The notes beneath the pieces were generated by a model. The model worked only from the letters and a program-made list of their open reading frames with translations, searched no databases and had not been told where the DNA came from. A program made the position numbers and the translations under genes. From positions 1,457,847 through 1,521,846 of the forward strand of contig JAWQFM010000013.1 of NCBI GenBank assembly GCA_033442325.1: DNA of 64,000 bases, in the 5' to 3' direction. This document shows, piece after piece, positions 42,527 through 59,488 of the stretch. Numbering within the stretch: the first letter of the stretch is position 1; the number at the start of each line of letters is the position of its first letter. The DNA comes from Salpingoeca rosetta. Lineage: Eukaryota; Protista; Choanoflagellata.

Positions 42527-43441
42527 CACACAAACATACACACACAAACACACACCTTGGTTGAGCTGTCGGAGGAGCTCGTGCAAGGGGATGTGCACGG
42601 CATAGCTGAGCATGCCAAAGTTGTCGACTTCATCTTGCCGGCGAACGTCCAGGAACACAAGGTTGTCCCCTGTGCGATGGTTGGATGTGGATGGAGCGTT
42701 GGGGAGGGTGGTGTTTGAGCGTTGGGGTTAGCGTGGGGGGGGGGTCGCAGACGCATGCAAGGACTTGAAAGTTGAAATCGAACAAAGCTGAGCACAGGCA
42801 TCGCTCACATGCACACCCAAACACACACATGCACACAGGCACAAATGTGCGTACGTTCGGTCATGACGGTTTGGCAGTCCTTTGACTTGAGCTGGAAGGA
42901 GTCGCTGGCTGCAGGTTCTGTGTTGACGTTGAAGAAGACGACGGCGCGATCGGACTTGAACTCTGGCGCGTCGCTGCTATCATACACAACGACGGCGCAG
43001 CCATCTTCCGCAACGAGGTCGTCCAAGTACTCGTCGGGCTTGACCACCTGTATGTCCAGAACGCATGCGTCACAGCGTGAGATCGTGGGTGAGTGAGTGA
43101 ATGAACGTGTGGGTGAAAGACTTGGTATTAAGGCATGAAAGGTACGCTGTCGTGCAGCTGTGTGATCGTGCAGCTGTGTGATCGTGTCGCTCTTCCCCAG
43201 CCCACACACAAACTCACACACAAACTCACTCACACACAAACTCACTCACTCACAAACTCACTCACTCACTCACACACACACACACACTCACTCACACACC
43301 AACGCAGCGCACCTTTGTGTTGTATTCTTCGACGGCGGGGATGGCCTTCTCCTGCGACGCGCGGAAGTCCACGACGACGTGTGGCACGGGATCGTTGGAG
43401 ATCAACGAGTGGAACGACTCGTACGTGAGGGACAGCGGCAT
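41984..43441 (-). CDS. Rhodanese-domain protein (putative sulfurtransferase), 4 exons
   Basis: FLDVRRQDEV...AVHIPL...VVTGCRTSRRA...LLHDVG...YLDKG. The N-terminal half (VVVDFR) resembles a degenerate second rhodanese module. Confidence 0.85.
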
Positions 43442-43513
43442 GGCGTGCTTTGTGTGCGAGAGAGAGAGAGAAGGGGGGAAGAGGGCTTGAGAGACTTTTG
43501 GTGGTTGAGACTA

Positions 43514-43602
43514 GTGGATGGCTGCTGTGGATGGGTGCTGTGGATGGGTGCTGTGGATGAATGCTGTGGATGGGTGCTGTGGATGGGTGCTGTGGATGAA
43601 TG
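43514..43602. repeat. 13-bp minisatellite (GTGGATGGGTGCT), about 6.5 copies
   Basis: Directly visible just upstream of the rhodanese ATG. Confidence 0.85.
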
Positions 43603-44502
43603 GTTGCTTGCTTCGTTCGTGTGTGTGTCTCCACCATCCCAGCCACCGCGCTGTCTTACTTTCTTGCTGCTACGGCGCAGAACGCAACGGACCGAACGCA
43701 ACAACGCAACCTGCCTCGAACACACCCTAACTAATTTATGCAAATATTTTAATTCTGGTGCCATGTCAGCAAATTTTAGTGTCCCGGCAAGTACGCAACG
43801 CAACACGACAACGACCAGAAACTGGACACTCGACACCCTCGCTTGTCCCGGTCTGCCGCTCACGGACCTGCTCGTTTGAAGAAGGTTGCGAATAAACACC
43901 GCACAGGTGTGACACGGTGACGTTCTGGCCTGTTGTCTTCTTCGCGATCTCCTGGGTGCGTATGTCTGTGTGTGTGCGAACATGTCATGTGTTGCTCGAA
44001 GTACCCCATATCGCGGCCTCGTTGGAGCACTGACCACGCGCCACACACTGCGTTGTTGTGGCGTTGTGGCCATGCTGCTTCTCGAAGGCGAATTTGGCAC
44101 AACCTGCGATCGGTTGATGCAAACGCAAAGCAGACTTGCGCACAGCATTGGGTTGTTGATTGTGACTTCGCTACCCCCCCCCCCTTGTTCTGTGTTGGTG
44201 GTGGTCGTGGGTGTGTTCTTTGTTCTTCTTCTGTGGGCGAGTTCGCTCGGTTTTGTTTCCCAAGCCATGCGCTTCTTGCTTTCCCGCTTCATCTTGCTTG
44301 TTTGCCTTGACAAAACCCCGCGTGCTCACTTTTCCTGTTTCCACCACCACCACACCTGCGACGACGACGTGCCTCAGATCCTTCAAGCTGTCCTTTTCTC
44401 TCCTCTCCTTCGCGCCCTCCACCAAACCAAACCAAATCAACACCTCCCCCCCCCGGTCCGCTTCTCTCTTTCTTTTTTCCACCCATACACGCAAAGGCAA
44501 GC

Positions 44503-46140
44503 ATGGCGTCCGTGGACTTCCCAGAGGTGCCCATCCCCGTGCTGGACATCAGCCCGTTCTTCTCCGAGTCGGCAAGCGCGGAGGAGAAGCAGAAGGTTGC
44601 CCACGACTTTGACCAGGCCTTCCGCAAGTACGGCTTCGCCTGCATCAGCGGCCACGGCGTCGACATGGACATTGTCAACCGCGTGGAGCAGGAGGCCCGC
44701 AACTTCTTCTCCCAGCCAGCACAGGAGAAGACCAAGTTCAACTGCTCAAAGAAGTACGCACACCCGCATCATCCTCTTGCTGGTTTTTCATTTTGGCCTG
44801 CGTTGCGTCCTGTGCCAAAACACGCTCTTCTCTCGCCCATGTGGCAATCATGGCTTGGCTCTGCTTTCCGTTCTCCACGCTCGGTTTCGCGCTTGTGCTC
44901 CTTCTCCTCCTCTCACCAATGCCTGCACCGCACGACGTGCATACACGTACGCGCACTCACTCACACTCACTCACTCACTCACTCACTCCCGACACACACT
45001 TATCGTCCCACCTCCGTTCTCTCTACCTCCCACCCCCCCCCCTTTGCTTCCTTTGACAGCTACGGCAATGGCGGGTACACTGGGCTCAAGTCCGAGACGG
45101 TGAGCGTCAACGGCGTGTCTGACCACGTGGAGAGCGTCGAGTTCCGCGGCAACGGCAACGAGATGGTTGTGCCCTGCGAGGGCTGGAACCAGGACTTTAT
45201 GGACGCCGTCAAGGCCTACTGGGGCCAGGTGGAGGGCCTGAGCATGCGCATCCTCAAGGTGGCTGCCGCCGCGCTGGAGGTTCCCGAGAACTTCTTTGAC
45301 GAGTTCTACAACCCGATCCAGATGGACCTGCGCCTGGCCAACTACCCCTGCGTCAAGGACCGGGTTGAGATTCCGGATGCCACCATGGGCTACGGCGCGC
45401 ACACAGACTACACGGGCTTCACCGTCCTCAAGGCAGACTACGAAGTCCAGGTGTGTGTCTGTGTGTGTGTGTGTGTGTACGTGTTTACGTGTGTAGTGCG
45501 TGTGTTTGTGCGTGTGTACGTGTGTAGTGCGTGTGTTTGTGTGTGTGTGTGTTTGTGTGTGTGTGTTTGTGTGTGTACGTGTGTACGCGTTTGCATGTGT
45601 CTGTGTTTACGTGCTAAAGGTGCGTACGTTCGTGCGTCAAATGTACGTGCGTTTGCACACGCACTACGCGGCACAGTACCCTCCCAAAAAACAAAAACAA
45701 ACAAAACAAAAAACACCTAACTTACCTTCTCCCCTGCACCCCATCCCCCATCCCCCCATCCCCCTTTGCTTTCAACCCACCCACCAACACAGGGCCTGCA
45801 AGTGCTGCTGCCTGGCGAGACGACATGGAAGACGGTGATCCCACCAGAGGGCACGTTCATCATCAACTCGGGCGACCTCATTGGCATCTGGACCAACGAC
45901 CGCTGGCCCTCGGTCGTCCACCGCGTGCTCCCTTGCGGGCCCCTCCCCGATGGCCGCTGCAAGGACCGCCTCTCCCTCGTCTCCTTCACGGGGCCAAACT
46001 ACGCCTCCCAGATTGAGTGCGTGCCCACGTGTGTTGGCGAAGGCGCCCGCTACAAGCCCGTCAACGCCGGCGAGCATTTCCAGCAGCGCCTTGTTGCCGG
46101 CCGCTACAAGGGCGACGACAAGGATGGCAATGCCAAGTGA
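44503..46140 (+). CDS. 2-oxoglutarate/Fe(II) dioxygenase (DIOX_N + 2OG-FeII_Oxy, IPNS-like superfamily), 3 exons
   Basis: IPVLDISP...YGFACISGHGV, LRLANYP, GAHTDY (HxD), GLQV, FIINSGD...WTNDRWPSVVHRV (distal His) and RLS (RxS 2OG-binding motif). Confidence 0.93.
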
Positions 46141-46202
46141 GCTGCATGAGCAGCGAGGCATGGCATGAGCCACCAACGGCGCCCGCATTCACCTCATCAC
46201 CA

Positions 46203-46266
<64 letters not shown>

Positions 46267-46787
46267 AACAGTGTGCTTCAATGGCACGTCTATCATTCAT
46301 GTTTTGTGAGAAAGTTGATAACTGTGCTGCAACTGCAATTACATCGACCGCAACCCCGCTCCTAATGAACCCATGTCTGACACAACAGCTCTTTTTTAGT
46401 CTTTCCCTTTTTCTTTTATCACCTTGCTGTTTCGTGTTGTTTTTGGCTTTGTTTCGGTTCTTTTCAATGTCGTGTAAATGTATGTGTGGGTGTGTGCGCT
46501 TCGCACACCGTAGCAATGGAAATGGATTGATCCATGGATGGGCTGCTGAAAGCAATGTGTGGGTGAGACATGATGATGATGATGACGATGATGACAACGC
46601 GACAGTGGGCTTTCAGTGGGCGTTCTGTTAGCGTGTTCTTCTTTCAAGGCAGCGCACTTTGCTTGCTGTCCTTGCGTCCACGCCTTTTGTTTATGTCTTC
46701 AATTCATTTTCCAAAACCAAAACACCACAAACGAACAAAGAAGGAAAAGGCACAACAAGCAGCAAGGAGCAAGCACAGGAGCAAGTC

Positions 46788-47191
46788 ATGCTTGCAGCTC
46801 CAAGCGCCGCAGCTGCTGCTGCGGCAGTGCTGATGGTGGTGCTGGTGAGCACCCTGGGCACCCTTGTTGTCGCCCAAAGCACAAGCACAACAACCACAAC
46901 GGGTTCGCCAGCAGCACCAGGCTGCGCATACACGGAGTGGTCCCCTTTTGGCGCATGCGCTGTGCAAAGCGATGAGTGTGTCCGTGTCCGCGTTCGATCC
47001 GTTTTGGCCGCGACAAACACGCCCGCCACCACAACAAACGCAACAAGCACCGCTGCCCCATGCACGAACACCAACCACGTGGAGTCCTGCGACCCACAGA
47101 GCTGTGCAGGTGCGTACAAGATCGTGACGGCTGACCGTGTTTGTTGGAGGGGGGCAGGGATCATGGTGTGTGTGTGTGTGTGTGTGTATGT

Positions 47192-47222
<31 letters not shown>

Positions 47223-47225
47223 CGT

Positions 47226-47279
<54 letters not shown>

Positions 47280-49394
47280 GCGTGTGCGTGTGTTGGGGGT
47301 TTGCGGCCTTGTGCGCTGCCAGCCCACTGCTTTGGCGCATCCTTGTGCTCGAGTACTTGTTGACATTCATGCGCGCGCGTGTGTGTGTGTGTGCTTGCGG
47401 TACCACGAAGCAGACGCCCTGTCAATTGTCCTTGTTTTGACTTGCTGCTGATGCTTCATGTTGCTTGATGCTGTCTGGCTCACCTCTCCTCCACCCTGCA
47501 ACACCAACAGAGGAGTGGTGCAGCCTTGGCGAGTGGTCGGAATGGTCCCCGTGCAGCGTGTCTTGCGGCGACGGCGGCATGCAATTCCGGTCCCGCCGCA
47601 TCAACACCATCCCAAACGTTACATGCCCTCACCTCCAAGGAGAAGAGCTGCAGCAGACCCAGCCATGCCCTGTGATCGAGTGCCGTAAGTTGTACGACCT
47701 TGCGTCCTTGTTTCTGCATGCGTCCGTGTTGCTGTTTGTGTGTCTCTGTATGTCTGCGTCTCTGTGTGTGTGCATCTGTGCATCTGTGTGTGTGCATCTG
47801 TGTGTGTGCATCTGTGTGTGTGCATCTGTGTGTGTGCGTCTGTGTGTGTCTGCATGCGTGTGTGTGCATCTGTGTCTCTCCCTCTGTGTGTGTACCTGCG
47901 AAAAGCTCTTCTCTTCATGTGTGTAACCGTGAACGCGCGTGTCCTTGCCCAATGGCCTCACACGTCTGTGTTCCTGTTCGCCATCAGCCACGCCGGAGGT
48001 GGTTGCCGAGAACGGCGACCTGTACCTGACGGTGCCCGACGGAAACGCAGTCTACTTCAAAGAGGGCGATATCGTCACCTCCCTCGACACCCTTCGTGAT
48101 GAAATCGGTGTGTGTGTGTATGCGTGTATTGTGTGTATTGTGTGTGCCTCTCTGTGTGTGCGTGTGGTGTGTCTGTGTCTGTGTGCGTGTGGTGTGTCTG
48201 TGTCTGTGTGCCTGCATGTGTGTGTGTGCGTGTATTGTGCCTGCATGTGTGTGTGCGTGTATTGTGTCTGTGTGTGTGTGTGTGTGCAATGAGTGCCTGC
48301 CTGACAGCCGTGCCGTCACAATCCGAAAGCACTGGCACTCACAACCCACTCATCCTCCTTCTTCTGCACCTCTTTCCCTCGGCCTTTAACCTCTTCATCC
48401 CCCCTTCCTACCCCAGCGATGGCAGTGGATGAGCTTGGGGATCACCAGTCTGGGCAGCTTGATCTGGTTCGACAGTTTGCTGCAGACGAAATTGGACTCC
48501 TTCGCACAGCAATCAACGACAAAGCAGCTCAGACACTCCGTACTGCAAAGGTACCGATCTGTGCGTGGTGTATGGTGTGTGGTGTGTGTATGTGTCTGTG
48601 TGTTTGTGTCGTGTCTGTGTGCATATGTGTGTCGTGTCTGTGTGTTTTGTGTGCATATGTGTCTGCGCGCGTGTGTGTCGTGTGTGTCGCCTGTACCATC
48701 TGTGACGTGGTCACCTGCCCTTAACCCTTTTCCTTCCAAAGTCACATCGTCTTTCACCATGTCTCTGCTTTGCATGTGGATGCAGGCGTACACTGACGTG
48801 GCTGCTGCTGATTTGGAGTTCAACATCACCGCTGCAGCCGAGCGACTGGATGGACGCATTGACACTGTTCAGGGCCGCTTCCTGCGTACGTTGAGAGAGA
48901 GAGTGTGTGTGTGTGTCTGTGTGTGTGTGTGTGTCTCTCTGTGTGTGTGTGTGTCTGTTGTCTGTGTCTGTGTCTTTGTTATGCGTGCGTGTGCATGTGA
49001 TGCAGGTGTGCTTTGCCATTCAGCTTGCTTGCTGCCACGTATTCTTTGCTGCTCATCCACATCACCACTAACACGTTCAATGCAATCACACTCGCACACT
49101 CGCACACACACACATACACAATCGCACACGATGTAAACACACAACTGCACGGTTGTAGGGGAGCTGGCGCTGCTGGAAGACCTTGTTGCACACAATCTGA
49201 CTGTGATTGACGACAAGCACGGCGACGGCCACGAGAGCCAGGCCGCCCTCATCACGGACCTGCTTGCTGATCTGGCAGATGTACAGGAGGACGTGGCGTC
49301 GCTCGTGATGTCAAAGGCTGACGCTGCCGATGTGCAATCCGAGCACGCAAGCATTCGCCAAGAACTCAATGCCGCCGTCGGCACCCTCAACAAC

Positions 49395-49465
<71 letters not shown>

Positions 49466-49770
49466 ATGGTTGGGTGGATGAAAGCATCCGAGTTAACCAG
49501 CCAACCGACTTGTGTTGATTCACGCCGCTTCCTTGGTCGTGTGCCCATCAATGATTCTGTTGACACTGTTACAGATTGACGCCATCATGACTGGTCTCCT
49601 CCCATCCACCATCGCGAAGCCGACAGCAGCGGTGCGCAGTCGCTTTCTCCTCTTGCTCACACGTCCTGTGCTGTGGCATGCTTTTCAAGGGTTCACACAT
49701 TGGCTCGCGCATGCCACACTCCACTGTCGAAACCATGACCTCCACGCATGTCGCATGTAGTATCATCTTC

Positions 49771-49833
<63 letters not shown>

Positions 49834-50966
49834 CACGCACCACATGCATCCTACGCGTGATGCATTACGCACAACTCACCCAACACCACCACCACCAACA
49901 CCACTGCGCATCGACACCAACACCACTCACTCACACCACCACCAACACCACGCATCACCAACACCAGGCCACGCGCTCCGCCGTGACCATCACGTGGCAG
50001 GCGCCGCCATCTGCGCTGCCCATTATCGGCTACACCATCTTCTACACCGTAGCTGATGGCGATGAACAGGTACGTGATGTCGTTGGAGCAGTGGTGTTGC
50101 GGTCCTGCTTTGATTTGCTTTGAGCGTTGTGTTTTCCGCGTTTGCTTGTCATTGACAGTGCCGGCTTGCTTGACCTTGCCTGCTGCGGCTCGTTGTGCCC
50201 CACACCTCCAAGGCACCTCTGCCGTCATGCTCACCCCGCATGTGTTTGCGTGTGCAGGAGGCGGAGGTGCCAGGTGACACGACCACCTTTGAGCTGACCA
50301 ACCTCGAATCGGGGCAGTCGTGTACACTCGCCGTCGCCGCCACAAACGGCCTCGGTGCAGGTGGGAGCCAGCAGTGGTGGTGATGTGGTGGCTGCGATTG
50401 ATGTGACATGTGCATAGTTGTGTAGAGTGGGTCGACTGTGACGTGGTTGAAGTGACATGACAGCATGTGGTCTGAGCGGTGAGTCTCCTCTTTTGTCTCG
50501 TCTCCTCTTACCGTACCCCAAAACCTCCCCTCACCACCACCTTGCGTCTCTCGGTTACCAACTACACTTCCCGTGTGTACGTGCAACAGCACCTCAGCGC
50601 AGCACTGCTGTGACTGTGGCGACGAGCGGGCTGGTGGCGGCTCGTCGCTACCACTGCCAGCCAGGGGCGTGGGAGGTGACATCAAGCCCCTCCATCAAGA
50701 CAGCGTGCAGCGTGCAGATTCCAATCTCCGAGCCAACCATCATCCACGCCACATTCACAGGTTTGTTGTGCAAGTGGCTCACGCGAATCGGGCCTGTGGT
50801 TCAGCTGGCCATTTGCTGCTGCCATGCACACAGTTTTACATCATTGCCTGATCCCCTGCGACGGCACACGCTCACCCGCTGCAGTTCCCCTCACTCACTC
50901 ACTCACTCACTCACTCACTCACTCACTCACTCACTCACTCACTCACTCACTCATTCACTCATTCAC

Positions 50967-51041
<75 letters not shown>

Positions 51042-51208
51042 GGCCATGCCATCTGCGGGAGCGCGTGGATATACGGTGCCATCTCCGTCAACGGCGACAT
51101 TCCAACGCCCGGCTCGCACCAGTCAGAGGCGCCCGCACACACGTACACGCGCACGTGGGAAACGTTTGGCACAGATCGCGTTGTCGCCGTCGACTCGGGT
51201 GCGCTTCA

Positions 51209-51299
<91 letters not shown>

Positions 51300-53025
51300 A
51301 CGCGCTCCCTCGCTCGCTCGCGCCTTTCGACTGTTTTTCACTTACACCCATCTCCGTTCGCACCCTCCTCCTTCTCATCATTCTAACCGCCCTCCATTAC
51401 AACAGGCACGGCAACGGTGGAGCTGCGGCTTCGCTTCGGCAGCTCCTCCTGCCAGTTTAACGGCGGCTCAATGGTGAGGAACGCCCATTTCGATGAACAC
51501 ATGCACGTGTGCATGCCTTTGCCTTGCGGTCATTCGCAACCTCATACACGGTCGCGTACATTGCATGCACATTCGCACGTTCGCACATTCGCGTACGCAC
51601 ACACACGCACGCACGCGCGCGCTTGCAGCACGTGGTAGCCATCACTGGGCGGCAGGCCGGTGAAGATGAAGCATTCGCCTGCGCACCCAGGTATGACACA
51701 CACGCACGCGCACACACACACACACACACATAAATGGCGGCTGCATGCCCTGTAGTTGCTGCCGCTTAATGCTGTTGCTTGTGTCACGCCACCCCGTTTA
51801 CAACACTGCCAAACACATGCGTGTCTGCGCGCGTGTACTTACAGCGGCAATTCGTTTGCTCCTCTTCTGTGTTCATGGCCACACCCCCTTCTCCACTCTT
51901 CGTGCTGCCGCCTACAGTGTTTGGGGCACCAGCACAGGCACGCAGCAGTATGATTTCAAGCCGTGTACAACCGCCATCCACGCGCCTTTCTCCAGCTCCC
52001 TCTTCTCCTTCTTCACGGGCCACGTCGTTACCAGCGGCGCCGTTTATGGTGCAGTAGAGGTGCGTATAGTGTGTGTGTGTATGTGTATAGTGTGTGTATG
52101 TGTGTGTGTAGGTGTGTGTGTAGGTATATATATGTGTGTGTCTGTGTCTGTGCGCTGGCATATGTTGCGTGTTCGCCAAAGCTGACCTTGCATCGTCGTG
52201 CCACCAGGTTGATAACACGCCACGCGGCCCCGATATTGGCACTCAACGCTATGCGTACGTTACCGACAACTATCAGTGTGTGTGTGTGTGTGTGTGTGTG
52301 TTTATTCAAAGCCTGTCCCTCAGAGAACGCTCGCTGACAGTCGTCTTGCTTTGCTCACGTGTGGGGTGGATGTATTATTCGGCTCTGCTGTTCAGTCCCG
52401 CCCACTCGTACACGTCTGGGAGCGACTGGAACACGTTCCGCGCATTCCGAACAGAGAACATCGACGCGGTGCGCTCATGTTCCTGTGTGTGTTTGGGTGT
52501 GGCGTGTTTGGGATATTACGGACATTTGGATTACTCTGGTTTGGCTGGGGGCGCTTTTTCCTAGTATCTTCTCCCCTATGATTTACCATTCTTTGTGCCT
52601 TGGATTCACATTTAGTTTCCATGATTGGCACTTTTTCCTATCTTCNNNNNNNNNNNNNNNNNNNNNNNNNNNNNNNNNNNNNNNNNNNNNNNNNNNNNNN
52701 NNNNNNNNNNNNNNNNNNNNNNNNNNNNNNNNNNNNNNNNNNNNNNNNNNNNNNNNNNNNNNNNNNNNNNNNNNNNNNNNNNNNNNNNNNNNNNNNNNNN
52801 NNNNNNNNNNNNNNNNNNNNNNNNNNNNNNNNNNNNNNNNNNNNNNNNNNNNNNNNNNNNNNNNNNNNNNNNNNNNNNNNNNNNNNNNNNNNNNNNNNNN
52901 NNNNNNNNNNNNNNNNNNNNNNNNNNNNNNNNNNNNNNNNNNNNNNNNNNNNNNNNNNNNNNNNNNNNNNNNNNNNNNNNNNNNNNNNNNNNNNNNNNNN
53001 NNNNNNNNNNNNNNNNNNNNNNNNN

Positions 53026-53105
<80 letters not shown>

Positions 53106-53559
53106 CCCCTCCCCCACTGCTTGCCTGTGTTCTGCCAAGGCCATCATCTGCCTCTTCTGCTCTGGTGTGCCGCGCATGGTTCCAATCCCTCACCCACGGA
53201 TGGTATCCTGGCTCACATCCCATACAGACACTGTCTTGCCGCTCCTCCCTCTCCTCTCTCGCTCATCTTAACCCCCCCCCCCCACACACACACACACACT
53301 CACACACTCACACACGCTCGACTCGTCGTTTGTTCAGTTTGATGGGGATGCCAATACACCCCTCCAGCAGTACGGCACTGCCTTGCAGCCACTTGGCCCT
53401 GCCCACTCCTACTCACCGCAGTGGGAGACGTTCCAGAACGCGCGCGCAGTTGTGCTCGATGCTGGCCAGCACACCGTGTCGTTCGCGTTCCGCTGTGTCA
53501 ACTCGGGCTCTCTCAACGGCGCTGGCCTGCAGGGGTACTTCATCCGATATGACGAGTGA
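46788..53559 (+). CDS. Secreted multidomain protein: signal peptide, 2x TSP1, short beta motif plus coiled coil, FN3, three C-terminal beta-rich repeats (spans a gap)
   Basis: Hydrophobic leader. TSP1 motifs [12 protein letters not shown] and [28 protein letters not shown]3 motifs [36 protein letters not shown](S/T)Y..W(E/N)TF occurs three times. Stop at 53557-53559. Exons near the gap at 52646-53025 are uncertain. Confidence 0.8.
52646..53025. other. Assembly gap (380 N)
   Basis: Run of N; the roughly 150 nt before it look like a low-quality read end. Confidence 1.
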
Positions 53560-53878
53560 ACTCCAGGCCTTAGGGCCTGCCCATTCATCCCTTTTTGGGG
53601 GGTTTGTTTTCTGTACCACACCCTGTTCTCTCTTCTGCTGCGTTGGTACAACTTGGTCTCCTATGCGTCATCTCTCCTGTCAACCTTCGTTCACTGCCGC
53701 ATCTCGCCCTGTTATCTTCCATGCCTCGTTGCACTCGCCCTGTGTGTTATCCCTTCTTGTTGCGCTTGTTTGCCTTCTGCTCTGCTGTCTCTTCCTGCTT
53801 GGCTGCCGCCAAACTCAAAAAATCGCAGCAACAAACAAACACACACAACCACACGACAACGCAATCCGCACCACCACG

Positions 53879-57358
<3,480 letters not shown>

Positions 57359-57361
57359 CAC

Positions 57362-57477
<116 letters not shown>

Positions 57478-57788
57478 CATCCCTTTCTCGTTGCGGCTCT
57501 CTTGCCTCCTTGCTTCCGGTAACTCACCCTTTAACTTATTTTGAACCAAATTGATGTCACAACATAATCGAGCGTGTGTGATGCCGTTGTTTCAGAAGAG
57601 TGTTTGTATTGAATGAAGCACGCAATGAACAAAACATCACAGACGTATGTTGAGCCAGCAGACCACATCACACATCACATGGCAGCAGCGGATGGGCGTA
57701 ACAGATGTGACAGGGAGCCAGAGGGTGCGAGAACGCATGCAAACACAACATCACACGCGAATTCCGCTTGCTTGTCGTTGTGGTCAAG

Positions 57789-58522
57789 TCAAGCAAGGGA
57801 GACAACAAGCTTCTGGCCAGAGACCTTGTGGTTGGCGAGCATGTCCAGGCCCTCCACAACCTTGTCCAGACCATTGAGAACAGTCAGGTGTGGCGGCTTG
57901 ACCACACCGGTGCTGATGAGCTTCTCGTACTCCTGGATGTCCTTGGCCAACGCCGCGTACTTCTCGGCGGAGTGTGGAAGGTAGATGTCACCAAGCATTG
58001 TCGTCTCAAACGTCACGTTCTTCGTCTCCTTGCTCAGCGCGCCGGCACAGCTTGACACCATGCACGGCTGTGTCGTATTCAGCGCAGACGCAGCCTCATC
58101 CACCTTGCCAACGGCATCAAACGCCAGCGTGAGCGTGTCGTTGCACGCTGCCTTGATGTCATCAATGACGCTTGCAGAGTGGTAGTCAAACACGGCGTCC
58201 GCGCCGTAAGTCTTGACAAGCTCAAAGTTGCGCTTGCTCGCGGTGGCCACAACCTTCAGCCCGCATGCCTTGGCGAGCTGGACACAGAAGAGCCCAACCA
58301 CGCTGGAGGCTCCCCACACGAGCAGCCACTTGTCCTCGAGCCCAGAGGCCTGTAGTGCAAAGAGGCACGGTAGCACGGTGGTGTTGGGGGGGGGGAGGGC
58401 GGGTTGTGAATGCTGATGTTGTGGATGCAGGTCGTCGCGGTAGTAGTGGGTGGTTGTGGAAAGTGTCTTGGAGGAACAGGATGGTGGGGGTGTTGGTGCA
58501 AGCAGGCAGGCAACCGTGCAAC

Positions 58523-58600
<78 letters not shown>

Positions 58601-59488
58601 TGGGGGGGGGGGTGGTTCGTGTCTGTGGCTTGGTGCATGGTGCAGTAGCTGCTCGCACAGCACGTCACGTCACCCCAGTCAGTCAGTGAGGCACCCAATG
58701 CACAGACCACGCGTCAAGCATACCTTGGAGGGCAGTGGCAGCTTCATAGAATGGAAGAGGCCAAGGCCAGCAGTGAGCATGCCAACTGGAAGGGTGCACG
58801 CCTTATCAAAGGGCATGCCCTCTGGAACATGGAGCACGAGCTCTTCGGGGCACTTGCAGTATTGGGCAAAGCCGCCGCAGTCGCGCGTGCCGAGAGGCGT
58901 GAACGCGGCAATCTTGTCGCCCACCTTGAAGCGCTTGACGTCTTGGCCAACGCCAATCACTTCCCCGGCCACATCGCAGCCAAGCACGATGGGGTACTCG
59001 TGGGTGAGGAACCCTTGGTCTGCCATTTTCCTGTGAGCAAAGAAGAAGGCGGGGGGGGGAGGGAGGTGTGTGGGTGGTGGGTGGACAGAGTACGAGAAAC
59101 GTGTGTGTGTGTGTGATGTGGTTGGATGGAGTACAAGTCCAAAGCATACCGCTCGCTGAACATGGGTTACCTTGTTTCTTTGCTTGCTTGCAAGCAAACA
59201 GGGGCTTTCAATGGCAGCGTCACCATGTCACGCACGAGCAAAGCACAACGGCGTCAACGAGGCCACAGCAAAGAAGCAAACAAACGAAACACGAGAGATC
59301 AAAGGAAGCAAAGATCACTCACGTACGCACCAGTCAACGGGGTTGAGCGCAGTGGCCACCACTTTGATGAGGATGGACGTCTTGTCCTTGTCATCCGCGC
59401 CAAGTGTCGGCTTCTTCACATCCTCCTTGAGGTGGAAGTTGGCTGTAGGATGGCCCTTCTTGGCCAGCACAAGCGCCTTCATCGTCAT
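57789..59488 (-). CDS. MDR-superfamily NADPH oxidoreductase, enoyl-reductase-like (ToxD/LovC/YNL134C type), 3 exons
   Basis: ILIKVVATALNPVDWK, VLGCDVAGEVIGVG..V.RFKVGD, GGFAQY, TAGLGLF, LLVWGASSVVG..VQLAK, ATASKRNFELVKTYGADAVFDY and KVSGQKLVV. Confidence 0.92.

Noticed and set aside
43738-43745. Octamer ATGCAAAT in an AT-rich patch between divergent genes
   Set aside because: A single 8-mer with no supporting context.
52490-52645. Compositionally odd AT-rich segment suggesting foreign DNA
   Set aside because: It abuts an assembly gap and is most likely a low-quality read end.
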